This document shows, one piece after another, positions 39,317 to 49,431 of a stretch of 64,000 nt of DNA. The notes beneath the pieces were generated by a model. It did no database searches. It saw only the letters and a list, made by a program, of their open reading frames with translations, and had not been told where the DNA came from. Within the stretch, counting starts at the first letter, position 1. The number at the start of each line of letters is the position of its first letter. Both the position numbers and the translations under genes were made by a program. The stretch is from a virus. The DNA is taken from positions 38,535 through 102,534 of the IMG/VR virus record IMGVR_UViG_3300028563_000012; one strand, given 5' to 3'.

Positions 39317-40402
39317 CTACGGCAGATCTTCACATCGACTTCTGAAATACTCTTGGAGCAAGTGGCGCATCCTTGGCTTGTCTGGCGTGATCTGCAACAC
39401 ACCGCGGCCGTCAGGATAGACGTCCACATAGGGGTTGAATTTCTCTTCACTCAGAATGGCATCGCGGCTTCCGTAGCCACGCTTGTTCATCGGCCCATGG
39501 TAGTGGTGGATGGCCAGTTGGTCAACGTAGAAGATGTTGCCGTTGCACTTGGCCGCACGCTTCTGCCACTGCACGATGTAGTCGCAATAAGTTGGAGAGA
39601 ACCCACAGAATGTGTCGTGCTTCATCCCACGGAACGCGCCAACCATGCCAAATGCCATGTAGGAGTCGCCAGATCCAAGGATGCACCGATCCATCAACCC
39701 ACCGACGCTGTCCAATGCGCTCTTGCGGAAAGCCCAAGCGCCACCAGGTGCGCCAGGAAACATGTCTTTGATGCTGGGCTTCATGCCTCCGTACGGCCGA
39801 GCAGACAAACGACTTTCCCAATCAGCCGGGACTTTGAACCCTGCCTTGGCATAGGTCAATGCGAATCCAGGTAGTAATTGAACCGGCTGGTGGCCTTCAC
39901 CAGGGACGGTGGGGCCTGATATGTGTTGCACGTTGGAAAACAACTGCACCCAATCGTAGTGCTGGAGCAGATGAACGGCCTCCAAGGCCCAATCACGCCG
40001 GGTGAACAAGAAGTCAGCATCACAATAAGCCCCATACTTCCATCCGGGTGGAAAGTGCTGGATGGCCAGGTTGAGCGCGTTCTCCTTCAACCACAATTCA
40101 TGTCCGGTTCTGAGTCGGATGTGGTCAGGGTTGTTTTCATCGGCCACTTCGAACGGCCGATCCCCAAAGGCTATTTCGATGAAATGGATTCTCACGTTGG
40201 CGTTGGTCGCCATCGTTGCCAAGAAATCAAAAGCCAGCCTGCGGCGTGATTCCCAACGTCGCGGGTTGGTGTACGCCACAGCAACGTGAAGCGTCTGATC
40301 CTCGGCCCAAGGTCGCAACTTCTCATGAAGCAGCGGATGTTGTGTTTTTTGCATCTCCATCGACGTCTGAACTCCTGTTTGAGAGATATTTGTCGATGTC
40401 AC
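39317..40402 (-). CDS. Putative GT-A glycosyltransferase
   Basis: WLKENALN, CDADF (DxD), PGGAWAFR, ILGSGD, HHYHG. Confidence 0.7.
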   Translation of the reverse strand: MTSTNISQTGVQTSMEMQKTQHPLLHEKLRPWAEDQTLHVAVAYTNPRRWESRRRLAFDFLATMATNANVRIHFIEIAFGDRPFEVADENNPDHIRLRTGHELWLKENALNLAIQHFPPGWKYGAYCDADFLFTRRDWALEAVHLLQHYDWVQLFSNVQHISGPTVPGEGHQPVQLLPGFALTYAKAGFKVPADWESRLSARPYGGMKPSIKDMFPGAPGGAWAFRKSALDSVGGLMDRCILGSGDSYMAFGMVGAFRGMKHDTFCGFSPTYCDYIVQWQKRAAKCNGNIFYVDQLAIHHYHGPMNKRGYGSRDAILSEEKFNPYVDVYPDGRGVLQITPDKPRMRHLLQEYFRSRCEDLP

Positions 40403-40425
40403 AACATCTTATGCTGCCCAACCGC

Positions 40426-41223
40426 TCAGTCGAACAACCTCATTTCGAACGTGAAATCACAAGCGCCCGCTGCCAAGACTTCCAAACACGGCTCAACCGG
40501 ATTGGTGAGAATGTTGCCATCCGGATCTCTGATAGGGTTGCCGTCAATGTCCAACTTTGGAGTCGTCACCACGCTTCCGTTGACAGACGTTCCATCCGGG
40601 CAACGGTTGTGGCCATCATGGACAACGGTGACTTGGAGCCTGGTATTGCCTGCCAGGCCGTCATCATACCATGGCGAGCCCCAATCACACCCAACAGGCT
40701 TCAAAGCTGCCAGATATTGCCCCAAACGCGCAGTGAGAATGCCCTCATAAGCAATCATGGCGCTGAGAGCCAGCTGCTGGGTGCCTGAATCACCACCTGT
40801 CATACCAACAGCAACGATCCCGGTGCCAAATGTGGCAATGGTGACATTTTCGAAGTCGCCATGAAGCGACGATGTGTTGGTGAGGGTCAGAACGTCGCCC
40901 GACAATGCCACTTCCAATGCCACATCTGTGTGTTCGGTCAGGTATGTGGCAACAGCACCACCAACAGCAACGGCCGAGTCATCAGCGCCATGGATGTCGA
41001 TGACGATGCCGTCATGGATTGGGGTGTAGGCCTCGGGCGCGACGCTGACGGCACACTCGAATGCTTGTGAATGCCCACGGCCGTCATCCAGAACAAACCC
41101 GTCACCATCGTGCAGACTCGCCTTCACCGCAACAGTCAACGTTCCGGATGCGGCTTGTGGCCCGTTATCTGCTGTGACATGGAAGCGAGCAGCAGTATCA
41201 GATTTGGACACCAATTTGATCAT
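40426..41223 (-). CDS. Hypothetical, probably structural protein
   Basis: A/T/G-rich ORF in the late operon. Confidence 0.5.
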   Translation of the reverse strand: MIKLVSKSDTAARFHVTADNGPQAASGTLTVAVKASLHDGDGFVLDDGRGHSQAFECAVSVAPEAYTPIHDGIVIDIHGADDSAVAVGGAVATYLTEHTDVALEVALSGDVLTLTNTSSLHGDFENVTIATFGTGIVAVGMTGGDSGTQQLALSAMIAYEGILTARLGQYLAALKPVGCDWGSPWYDDGLAGNTRLQVTVVHDGHNRCPDGTSVNGSVVTTPKLDIDGNPIRDPDGNILTNPVEPCLEVLAAGACDFTFEMRLFD

Positions 41224-41241
41224 GACTTATGCCCTTTCCAA

Positions 41242-41628
41242 TCAGATATTGCGCAACGTCCCTGCAGCGACGTCCACGTCAACTTGAGTCAACGTGGTGC
41301 CGAAATCAGGCGAGCTGAGGCGAACGAAGATCCGTTGCCCAAGCGACGCAAATTTGATCTGCGCAGACGCCGTCAGCGTGAACGTCGCGGCTGGTGATGC
41401 TGGGATGAACGCTGACAAACGGTCGCTCCAAACCAACACGCTGGCTGTCAAAGAGCCTGTGCCTGTTATGGCAATTTGTATCGCCAGGTCATCATAGCCC
41501 TTGGTGTCCATGCCCTGCGAGCTGGTGATGCCCGCGTATGGCGTATCAGCATCGCTGGCGATCGCCGCCACGCGGTGCGGAGTAAAAACGGGTGACAGAC
41601 ATATGCCTTCGTTGACGTTTCTCGACAT
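41242..41628 (-). CDS. Hypothetical, probably structural protein
   Basis: Beta-rich ORF in the late operon. Confidence 0.5.
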   Translation of the reverse strand: MSRNVNEGICLSPVFTPHRVAAIASDADTPYAGITSSQGMDTKGYDDLAIQIAITGTGSLTASVLVWSDRLSAFIPASPAATFTLTASAQIKFASLGQRIFVRLSSPDFGTTLTQVDVDVAAGTLRNI

Positions 41629-41633
41629 GGCCT

Positions 41634-42410
41634 TTATCCTAGTGGCGATGACATGGTTGGAGCTACCTTGGAGCGACGGACGGCTTGTCTTGAGGCCTTG
41701 GCAGCCATTGACTTTTGTTTGCCTCCCATGGCAGACGATGGCTTCATATTCTCATTGAACTGCGGGCTGGGAAGCAAACGCGCAACTGCCTCTTGGACGT
41801 TCCCGCCGATGTCGCTCACATCAATCGGCTTCCCGTCCATGGATTGGAAACCGTATCTGGACACGACCTTGGCAAAATTGGTCATTTCCTCTGCGATGTG
41901 GCTGCGCAGGGTGTTGTTGTCCATGGTGGCGACGGCGACACCTTGAAGGATCAGCTTGCGCTCTGGCGCCTTTTCCAAAATGCCCATATCCTGGCCCATC
42001 TTGACAACCCTATCGATGATGTCAGACTTCGCCCGGATGGCCGTGATCATGGCATTTGAGCTGCCGTTGATGACGTTGAGCTTTAGACGATCAATGACGT
42101 TGTCTAAATCATCAACGCAGCGCTCCTGCTTCCACTTGTAGTCCAGATAGGTGTCTTCAGTGGTTTGGGCATAAAGGCTGTCTTTCCCTTGGCGCAACAA
42201 CTCGCGCTTCAAGTCGTTGTAGCGCTGGGTGCTGATCTGGAGATCCTCAGCAATTTGGGCATCGTCGTGCCCGAGCGACAAGCGCAACTTGATGTCTGCC
42301 ATTGCAGAACGGATGTCCGCTGCTGGCTCCTTGCGGAGCTTCGAACCACGCGTCACGCCGCGGATGCCGGCCGGACGCAATTGCTTGTTGGGCTGTGATG
42401 GCTGCAACAT
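41634..42410 (-). CDS. Candidate terminase small subunit
   Basis: N-terminal HTH (AQIAEDLQIS), helical core, basic tail; first gene of the late operon. Confidence 0.5.
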   Translation of the reverse strand: MLQPSQPNKQLRPAGIRGVTRGSKLRKEPAADIRSAMADIKLRLSLGHDDAQIAEDLQISTQRYNDLKRELLRQGKDSLYAQTTEDTYLDYKWKQERCVDDLDNVIDRLKLNVINGSSNAMITAIRAKSDIIDRVVKMGQDMGILEKAPERKLILQGVAVATMDNNTLRSHIAEEMTNFAKVVSRYGFQSMDGKPIDVSDIGGNVQEAVARLLPSPQFNENMKPSSAMGGKQKSMAAKASRQAVRRSKVAPTMSSPLG

Positions 42411-42447
42411 TGCTGTCGATTATACGCTCGACAGCTTTACATCTCAA
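42411..42447 (-). promoter_or_regulatory. Sigma70-consensus late-operon promoter with palindrome
   Basis: TTGAGA (42442-47)-17nt-TATAAT (42419-24), ATG 8 nt downstream; GCTGTCGA/TCGACAGC arms at 42412-19 and 42428-35. Confidence 0.7.
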
Positions 42448-42995
42448 CCGAGAGCAGCCAACAACAATGAGTACGGCGCCTTGTCAATTTCGTCGCCAAA
42501 GCACGTCCATCCTGGCCGTTGCTGGCGGGCGAACAATTCAACGTAGGGGCCTGGATAGAGCCTTTGAACAATGCGGTAAAAGCGATCCGGCTTGGCGGAG
42601 TGCTGCTTTGGCTTGGGCGCGAAGAACACGCTGCGCTGCTTCATGTCATTGCGAGTCGGGCTGCCACGTGTGCAAATCAAGCACACTTCATGAGCATTAC
42701 GGACTTGGTGCCCCATGCCCGTGTACAACCGGCCATTGCCTGCCATCTTCACCCACACCATTTCGGACTTCTGATTGAATCCCCAAGCACGGGCGACGTC
42801 CAACGCTTCTTGCTGCATGGCAGCAACACGCCAAAGCAACAAGCGTGAGTTGTCCTCCATGGGCGGGATCATGAAGTTCATGATGTCTTTCAACTTCATG
42901 CACTTGTAGTGCTTCGCTGCCCCGCGGCCGCCGCCGGGCAAGCTGTCGCCAAACAACCACGCAGGGTCGGCAACCAATGTGCGAAACTTCGTCAT
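42444..42995 (-). CDS. MT-A70 family N6-adenine methyltransferase
   Basis: LVADPAW, AWGF, WVK, HSAKP, ELFAR..RPGW..FGDE. Confidence 0.85.
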   Translation of the reverse strand: MTKFRTLVADPAWLFGDSLPGGGRGAAKHYKCMKLKDIMNFMIPPMEDNSRLLLWRVAAMQQEALDVARAWGFNQKSEMVWVKMAGNGRLYTGMGHQVRNAHEVCLICTRGSPTRNDMKQRSVFFAPKPKQHSAKPDRFYRIVQRLYPGPYVELFARQQRPGWTCFGDEIDKAPYSLLLAALG

Positions 42996-43005
42996 GGTAC
43001 CTCTT

Positions 43006-43416
43006 TCATTGTGCCATCATATCTCGTGCCATATTGTCTGCGCACGCATCGGAGCAGAATTCACGATGCTCACAAGGGCCAAGGCCGAATGGATCGTCCA
43101 ACGTAAGACTTTGAACAGGTTTCCAAATCTCATGACCGCAATACATGCAGACGCCAATCAAGACGCTGTCTCCCGGCTTCCATGGCTCGTATTCCACAAC
43201 GCCAGGGAATTGCTTGCGCGTCGGATCGATGGTGTCACCGTTAGGAGCAACCAACCAAATGTGCCCGCGCTTGCCCCAAATGCACATGACGTGACCCGGA
43301 ACCACCATCAGTTCCGGGAATGCTTTGCGCATCTCCTCACATGCTTCTTTGCACTGCCCGAGCAGCACCCCTTGTTGCCTCGCTTCGTACTCTTGAATCC
43401 AATCTACGTACGTCAA
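43006..43416 (-). CDS. Transglutaminase/papain-fold-like protein
   Basis: GQC...GHIWL...IDPT putative triad; TTG start overlapping the helicase stop. Confidence 0.45.
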   Translation of the reverse strand: MTYVDWIQEYEARQQGVLLGQCKEACEEMRKAFPELMVVPGHVMCIWGKRGHIWLVAPNGDTIDPTRKQFPGVVEYEPWKPGDSVLIGVCMYCGHEIWKPVQSLTLDDPFGLGPCEHREFCSDACADNMARDMMAQ

Positions 43417-44915
43417 GACAGTGTTTTCTCGGCCGGCGGAGCCGCCTTGCCGTTGCCGAATCCGGACACCCAAACCAGGCGCTTCTTGGCGCGGGTGATG
43501 GCCACGTACTTCAAATTGGCCTCCTCACCTTCGGTTTGCCCGCGGTAGGTGCCCTCAAGCAGCCAAACCGTGTCAGCCTCAAGGCCTTTGGCCCTGTGCG
43601 TAGTCGAACACACGATGGCGTCGCCAGTGTTGTCTGCGAACAACTCGTCCAGCTTGGTGCGCAATTCCGGGATGTCCTTGCAAGACTCCATCAGTGCGGT
43701 GCAGACCGCGCGTTGATCGCTGACATAACCGATGCGGTTGGCAGCAGCATCTTCACTCAACCCCTTGGCGCGCTGGACTTCGCGCTTGTACCACTCGTCT
43801 AGCTTCACAGCCAAATCAGCAAGGTCAGAAGCGTGCAGCTTGTTGATCAGTGCTGTGATCCCCTTGCCAATGTCACGACCTTTGATGGTTGCACGCTTCC
43901 CCATTTTGAGAAGCGACATGCAAATCGGGACCAACGGCGCGTTCAAGCGTGAGAGAATGAAATCACCGGGCTGGGCTTGTGCCCGCATCTTGTCATCGTC
44001 GCAACGGTCCACCAGACCGTCGGGTGCAGTCGGAGCAGCTTTGAAGTCGGGAACGATGCGAGCGGCGATGGCGACGATGCGCTTGGGGCAACGATATGTG
44101 GTCGTGAGGCCAAGCTCAACAGCATGAAGCTTATCCTTCAACCTGTCCAGGGATCCGGAGTCAGCGCCGCGAAAACCGTAGATGGCTTGACGATCGTCAC
44201 CGACGATGACGATGCGGCCCGAGCGCTTGCAGGCGCCCGTGGCAATTTCCAACTGGGGCATGGTCATGTCTTGGGCCTCATCGACGATTACCATGTCGTA
44301 CCAAGGGATGATGGCCTTGTGGACGATAGGCAGAAAGATCATGTCTGCGAAGTCGATTGTGGCAGTGCGTATTTTGGCCGCTTCCGCGGCCGCGCAAGCC
44401 AACTCGGCGATGCGATACGACTCCCAGCCATCCTCTTCCAGCTGATCGTCGGGCATCAGGTCGAAGCGGGCCATGATGCCCAGGGCGTTCTCATGATCGA
44501 GGTAGCGCGGGCAAATCTCGCGCATCTTCGTGTGGATCTGGTTGATCATGCGCTTAACCTCGAACGGTGCATCAGTGTTGGCCTCCTTCAACGCCTCATC
44601 AGTTAGCATGCGGGCCCGTTCCCCGTCCCCATCGATTTCGACCTTGCCCCACAGGCGCATCACGTACGCGCATCCGAGCCCGTGCAACGTCTTGGCCTTC
44701 ACCTTGTCACCCTTGATGCGGCTCTGCAACTCGGTGGCGATGGCCTTGTTGAAGGCAGCAAGCAAGATGCGCGACTCTGTGGCCCTCTGCGATCCTTCAA
44801 CAATTGTCGTCGTCTTTCCCGTCCCGGCCCGTGCCCGAACAACCAAATTGCCACTTCCAGATTTGAACCATGAGAATATGGCACTTTGTTGTTCTGACCA
44901 GTTTCTTTCGCTCAT
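43413..44915 (-). CDS. UvrD/Rep-like SF1 helicase
   Basis: ARAGTGKTT, VDEAQD, VGDDRQAIYGFRGA, TYRCP, HRAKGLE, YVAITRAK. Confidence 0.93.
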   Translation of the reverse strand: MSERNWSEQQSAIFSWFKSGSGNLVVRARAGTGKTTTIVEGSQRATESRILLAAFNKAIATELQSRIKGDKVKAKTLHGLGCAYVMRLWGKVEIDGDGERARMLTDEALKEANTDAPFEVKRMINQIHTKMREICPRYLDHENALGIMARFDLMPDDQLEEDGWESYRIAELACAAAEAAKIRTATIDFADMIFLPIVHKAIIPWYDMVIVDEAQDMTMPQLEIATGACKRSGRIVIVGDDRQAIYGFRGADSGSLDRLKDKLHAVELGLTTTYRCPKRIVAIAARIVPDFKAAPTAPDGLVDRCDDDKMRAQAQPGDFILSRLNAPLVPICMSLLKMGKRATIKGRDIGKGITALINKLHASDLADLAVKLDEWYKREVQRAKGLSEDAAANRIGYVSDQRAVCTALMESCKDIPELRTKLDELFADNTGDAIVCSTTHRAKGLEADTVWLLEGTYRGQTEGEEANLKYVAITRAKKRLVWVSGFGNGKAAPPAEKTLS

Positions 44916-44972
44916 TTTGCCCACCTTCTTTTGGCAGTGATGTCTTCGAATCTTGGCATTGGATCCTCGCGC

Positions 44973-45281
44973 CTACGGTGTGATGGCCATGTCGACGATG
45001 GCTGCCAGCGTTTCAGACAGGTTTTCACGCTGGGGCGGCTGGATCATGGAAATCGGCACCACCTCCTCACGGATGTCCGGTGTCATGAATTCTAGCCATT
45101 TTTCGTGCCACTTCGGGCTGGCCAACCCGCGGATCCGCTCACCAAGCATCACCACCAGCCTGGCCATCGATGCGAAACCGTGGAGCTGGCTCCAAGCTTC
45201 GATTTGGGCTTCAACAGCCGTGGTATTCCCCGTTGTGAACTGAAACGCCAATCGGTCCAGCATCGCATCAATGGTCGGCAT
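44973..45281 (-). CDS. Hypothetical protein
   Basis: AGGAG RBS. Confidence 0.5.
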   Translation of the reverse strand: MPTIDAMLDRLAFQFTTGNTTAVEAQIEAWSQLHGFASMARLVVMLGERIRGLASPKWHEKWLEFMTPDIREEVVPISMIQPPQRENLSETLAAIVDMAITP

Positions 45282-45293
45282 TGTGATTCTCCT

Positions 45294-45521
45294 TTACTCA
45301 ATGGCACAAAGTTCTTGAGTCGAAGTCAGCTCATCACAGAAAATCGGACGTGTGGCCCGCTTGTTCTCGATTTGGTAGTTGTCGTTCACGGCAGGCGCGC
45401 CGTCGAAGCAACCACCGACGCGCGTCTCAACCGTGAAGCCGTCCTCACAAAACGCAGCGGCATAGCAGCCGTCAACGATTGGAAGTTCTTGTGTGATTCG
45501 GTTGGGGTTGGAAGCGCGCAT
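45294..45521 (-). CDS. Hypothetical protein, first gene after repeat copy 1
   Basis: ATG lies at the end of the repeat; no SD. Confidence 0.5.
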   Translation of the reverse strand: MRASNPNRITQELPIVDGCYAAAFCEDGFTVETRVGGCFDGAPAVNDNYQIENKRATRPIFCDELTSTQELCAIE

Positions 45522-45739
45522 GATGTAGAGACTCTTATGCGAGAATCAGGCCGAAATGGTGAAATGGGATTTATGGCACTTAGCATGGCAATAATGCTAT
45601 CAGCTACGAAAACTTTACGTGGTGGAAGGCGCATGCTAGTTGGCAAGAATGCCAAAATGCCTTACCTTCCACCACAATCGGTCAAGCGCCGTAAAACGTC
45701 GCCATCTCATCCAAAGCGACGAAAAACGGCGCCATCAAA
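45519..45739 (-). repeat. Structured intergenic repeat, copy 1 (hairpins + putative promoter)
   Basis: Near-identical to 51457-51677 and 57414-57622 apart from a 61-nt central segment. Confidence 0.95.
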
Positions 45740-46711
45740 CTATGGTGAACCGATCCCTTGCTTGTAAAGCGTCTGCCAATACGACGCTGCGCGTGACGTG
45801 TTGTCGATCTGCAAGTCATCAGCAAAAAATGTAAGCAGAGGATCCGCGGTATCCCCGGCCGGTTGCCCTATGACCCAGCGGCCGTGATTCCCGTATTGGA
45901 TGGCCCCGGTCTGCGGCTTCACACCGATGAGCTGCCCGTTGTAGTACCAACGCACTTCAGCTCCGTCATACGTGATGGCAAAATGGACCCAAGTGAACAA
46001 CGGGATGATGTGAACGTTCTGCCAACTCAGCCAGTTGTCCTGATAGCCGGCGGTTTGCACAACAGCTGAAATGTTACCGTTGCTGACGCCGATGAAAGGG
46101 CTGATCGAGCGGTAGTTGGGTCCAAAACCGTCAGCGTTCCAAGTCTTTTGAACACCTTGCAGATTCCCCGATGTTGGATAAGATGTCAACATCACCCAAA
46201 CGCTTGCGCTCATCGGATAGGCCGGTTCCGCCGCGGCCGCATCACTTTGAACACGGCCGCCCACCACGGACACAGCGTTGTTGAAGACACCTGGCGCGCC
46301 GATGAGCGCAACTCCAGATGTGGTCATATTGCCTGCGCCGCTAACATCATTGGCCAAGTAGGATGCACCGATGAATTCAGCAAAACCCCAACGCGAAATG
46401 ACGTTGTTGTCCAGCGGCATGCGCGAGCGCCAAGGGGTTGGTGAGGGTGCCACCGCGGCCGACTTGAATGTGCCGTCGCCCGCCAGGAACAACGATCCAT
46501 CACCGGGCAACACCGGGCAGAGCCCTGGTGACGCCGCCGATGCAGGCGCAAGCCGCGGATCGCTAGTCAGCACAACCTGATCAGGGCTGAGTGCGCAAAT
46601 CGCACATTGCCCAACCCCGCCATCATCTTGTGCGTATGCCAAGTTGTTGGCGCCCAATAGCGCCAACGCGGCAAACAAACCGAAAATCCTGATAATTCCA
46701 ACTTTTCTCAT
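45740..46711 (-). CDS. Signal-peptide LamG domain protein
   Basis: GGAGG RBS; MRKVGII...LAYA signal; SASVWV, WVHFAITYDG, YYNG. Confidence 0.75.
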   Translation of the reverse strand: MRKVGIIRIFGLFAALALLGANNLAYAQDDGGVGQCAICALSPDQVVLTSDPRLAPASAASPGLCPVLPGDGSLFLAGDGTFKSAAVAPSPTPWRSRMPLDNNVISRWGFAEFIGASYLANDVSGAGNMTTSGVALIGAPGVFNNAVSVVGGRVQSDAAAAEPAYPMSASVWVMLTSYPTSGNLQGVQKTWNADGFGPNYRSISPFIGVSNGNISAVVQTAGYQDNWLSWQNVHIIPLFTWVHFAITYDGAEVRWYYNGQLIGVKPQTGAIQYGNHGRWVIGQPAGDTADPLLTFFADDLQIDNTSRAASYWQTLYKQGIGSP

Positions 46712-46836
46712 GATATCCTCCAAGGAACGTTGCCAGCACACTGGCATGTTGTCATTCGGGTGTGCCCGTTGCAATGGTTACTTTGCGATTGACAGCAACT
46801 CATTGTTTTCCCATGACAATGGTGCCGGTTGTGATT

Positions 46837-47295
46837 TCAGCTCGACCAATGATTCACCGGATTGAGCAACCTGATTGCCCTCATCTTTGCGCGGCCTTCG
46901 GGTGTGCGCGACCAATGAGCATCACCGCGTGGGCGCCGCTCAGGATGGGTTCGCGATCCGCTCCTATCGCCCGTGGCCATCCTTCCCTTGGAGAGGGCAT
47001 CTTGGATGTTGTCTTTCTGCGTTCCTTCGAACAGATGATCATCGTTGACGCACGACCGGACGTCGCATTTGTGAAGCCCACATGGCAACGGGTATCGACC
47101 GTGCTTCAGGAAGAACGCGAAGCGGTGGGCTTGGACATGTTTGCCACTTCCGGTTTTGAATGAGCCGTATCCTCTGCCCTTGAAAATGGCGCCCGTCCAC
47201 AGCCAACATCTCGTCTTCAGCACCGGATGGGTCGGGCCATGTTTGTTGACTTGAGACCAGAAGCGATCAATTTCAGGCTTGGCTTTTCTTCCCAT
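46837..47295 (-). CDS. HNH endonuclease
   Basis: CWLWTG, AHRFAF, LHKCDVRSCVNDDHL..GTQKDN. Confidence 0.9.
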   Translation of the reverse strand: MGRKAKPEIDRFWSQVNKHGPTHPVLKTRCWLWTGAIFKGRGYGSFKTGSGKHVQAHRFAFFLKHGRYPLPCGLHKCDVRSCVNDDHLFEGTQKDNIQDALSKGRMATGDRSGSRTHPERRPRGDAHWSRTPEGRAKMRAIRLLNPVNHWSS

Positions 47296-47298
47296 GAT

Positions 47299-48594
47299 CT
47301 ATCGGTCATCACGCCAACGCACCCAATTCGGGTGGCGCAACTTCCCGGCCTTGGTGGCGTTTTGGAAATCAACCTCACACCAACGATCAATCAACTGGTC
47401 CCGAATGGCCCACCATTCTTGTCGCTGCTGGATGGTTATCCCGCCGCCAACATCTGTCTCGGATCCGTTCTTGCGCCGCACGTGCAAGCTGCCGAGCATG
47501 CCCTTGAACGCGCCTTCACCTTCGTACGTGCCGATGACTTGGACATCTTCGTTATCCTTGGGCTTGAACTTCAGCCAATTCGGCGACTCGCCCCAATGGT
47601 AACCGGCGTCAGCACGCTTCCAAATCGCACCTTCAAAGGGGTACAGCATGGCAGCATACTTGTCACGAACACCATTCATCTCGGCGAACGTGGTGCCCTT
47701 CACCATCAAAATCGACTCGATGATGCGGATCCGCTCGTTTGGCTCGATGTTGAAGAGCAAGTCGCGCTTGCGCTCGATGAGCGGCCGGGTGCTGCGCCTG
47801 TCCCATTCGCCGCGGTCGATGAAATCAAACACCGTGTAGCACAGGCCACGGTCATCCTGGCCGCGCTTCGCCATCTTCCCAGCGCTGTCTTCAAAGTTGT
47901 GGGGCGCGAAGCATTCCCCGTCCACCACCCACAGACCTAAATCGACCATACACCCAAGCATCTCCATCAACTTGCCAACACCTTGCATCTCCTGACCACC
48001 GGACGTCATTGGGCGACCGTCGTACACAGTGAGGCGCCAGCCATCCATCTTGGGCTCGCGATAGCCTTCGACCGACAAGTCATGCTTCTCTTCTGCCAGG
48101 ATTGCCTTGGCCACGGCCCAAGCTTCGATCAGGCCGGGAAGGACCTTGTTGGCGGTCTTGAGACTCGCACCACACACCAGGTCCTTGTCGATGATGCGGA
48201 GCGCCCATTTCACATCTTGTGAAGACGGGGCCCGAGCGATGATGCTGTCAAGCAACATCGCTGCTGCTGAACCTGTGTGCTTGCGATCCTTGAGTGCCAG
48301 CAACGCTTTGCGAAGCAACTGCCACCAGACGGAGCGCTTATCTTGTGGCATGCTTGGCAAACCTTCGATGCCTTGCTCACGGCTCACAAGATGTGGTGAT
48401 ACCGCCTTGGACGTGATGTTGAAAACTGAATACGGGTCCAAAGCCATCCGGATGAATTCCTTGGTCACTGGATCCGCGGTTGCCAGCAAGCGCTCCTTTT
48501 CGAGCCTTCCCGGCGCGGCCTCAATGGCGTCCATCAATTTGGTGTTCACTTCTTGCCGCTTTCGTGCGGAATCTGTTTGATCACCTTTTGCCAT
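47299..48594 (-). CDS. ATP-dependent DNA ligase
   Basis: EPKMDGWR (motif I), VDGE, VFD, EGAIWK, WLKFKP, LRHP. Confidence 0.92.
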   Translation of the reverse strand: MAKGDQTDSARKRQEVNTKLMDAIEAAPGRLEKERLLATADPVTKEFIRMALDPYSVFNITSKAVSPHLVSREQGIEGLPSMPQDKRSVWWQLLRKALLALKDRKHTGSAAAMLLDSIIARAPSSQDVKWALRIIDKDLVCGASLKTANKVLPGLIEAWAVAKAILAEEKHDLSVEGYREPKMDGWRLTVYDGRPMTSGGQEMQGVGKLMEMLGCMVDLGLWVVDGECFAPHNFEDSAGKMAKRGQDDRGLCYTVFDFIDRGEWDRRSTRPLIERKRDLLFNIEPNERIRIIESILMVKGTTFAEMNGVRDKYAAMLYPFEGAIWKRADAGYHWGESPNWLKFKPKDNEDVQVIGTYEGEGAFKGMLGSLHVRRKNGSETDVGGGITIQQRQEWWAIRDQLIDRWCEVDFQNATKAGKLRHPNWVRWRDDR

Positions 48595-48986
48595 CCGCTA
48601 TGTGCGTCACGCACATCCGTGGCCTTGCCTGGTTTCAACTTCTCATGGGCCTCAGCCCACCCGGCTGGCGGGCTCCAACCGTTGTCCAATGCGCTCTTCT
48701 CCCAAGGTTTGATTTTCTTGGGCCGCGGCGGCATTTCACCGCCCCATCCGCAATGATAGCACACAGCATCATAACAAGGATTGCTGAATTCAACACCGTG
48801 CGTCGGGTCTGCGCCATCGTCTTCGCACTCGCAAAGCAAGCCTTCGCAAGACCCTGGCTTGTGATCCATGTCGTCAGCACGGATGTTGCGCGGCTTGGCA
48901 CCTTTACGACCACAACCGTGGGCTGCTGCGCCGCAATTTGGGCACTTCCAACGTGGATCCGATGTTTCTTGTTCTTGGCTCATCAT
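48546..48986 (-). CDS. Cys-rich hypothetical protein
   Basis: CPNC, CEGLLCEC, CYHC. Confidence 0.5.
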   Translation of the reverse strand: MMSQEQETSDPRWKCPNCGAAAHGCGRKGAKPRNIRADDMDHKPGSCEGLLCECEDDGADPTHGVEFSNPCYDAVCYHCGWGGEMPPRPKKIKPWEKSALDNGWSPPAGWAEAHEKLKPGKATDVRDAHSGWQKVIKQIPHESGKK

Positions 48987-49213
48987 TTCTTGGGCTCCAG
49001 CTGTTTCTGCTTCTGTGTGAATGCGCGGCCGATTTCCACCTTGTGGGCGGCATTAATCACCATCTGGTCGACATCGAATGCTTCCACGGCGCCGTGGCAA
49101 AATACCCAATATGTGATGGTTTTTGTGAACAAACTCCTGTCACATTCCACCCGGTCCACCGGTTTGTTGCAGACGTCGCAGATTGGCAGCTCTTCCGGCG
49201 CAACCATTGTCAC
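48983..49213 (-). CDS. Small Zn-ribbon-like protein
   Basis: CDVCNKPV...CHG; translational coupling. Confidence 0.5.
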   Translation of the reverse strand: MTMVAPEELPICDVCNKPVDRVECDRSLFTKTITYWVFCHGAVEAFDVDQMVINAAHKVEIGRAFTQKQKQLEPKK

Positions 49214-49431
49214 TTCACCTTGTTATATGGTTGTTCTGGGTGGTAGTTGCGTCTGAAATAGCTCGCCCGCATCCACTCCCAATCCTTGGGATCGTCACAG
49301 TCCAAGCGAATCAACCACCCACGTCCTGCCCTGCTGACTTGCCCCAGCATCCCCACGGCAACCCTGGATTGCGATCCTTCGTTTCTAGCCCACCTCGTGT
49401 TGAGCTTGAACTTGTGGCGCTTCACGGTCAC
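49210..49431 (-). CDS. Hypothetical protein
   Basis: GTGA coupling at both ends. Confidence 0.45.
   Translation of the reverse strand: MTVKRHKFKLNTRWARNEGSQSRVAVGMLGQVSRAGRGWLIRLDCDDPKDWEWMRASYFRRNYHPEQPYNKVK

Noticed and set aside
45570-45660. Sigma54 promoter suggested by TGGCA words in the repeats
   Set aside because: The TGGCA words checked lack GC at the required 10-nt spacing after GG.
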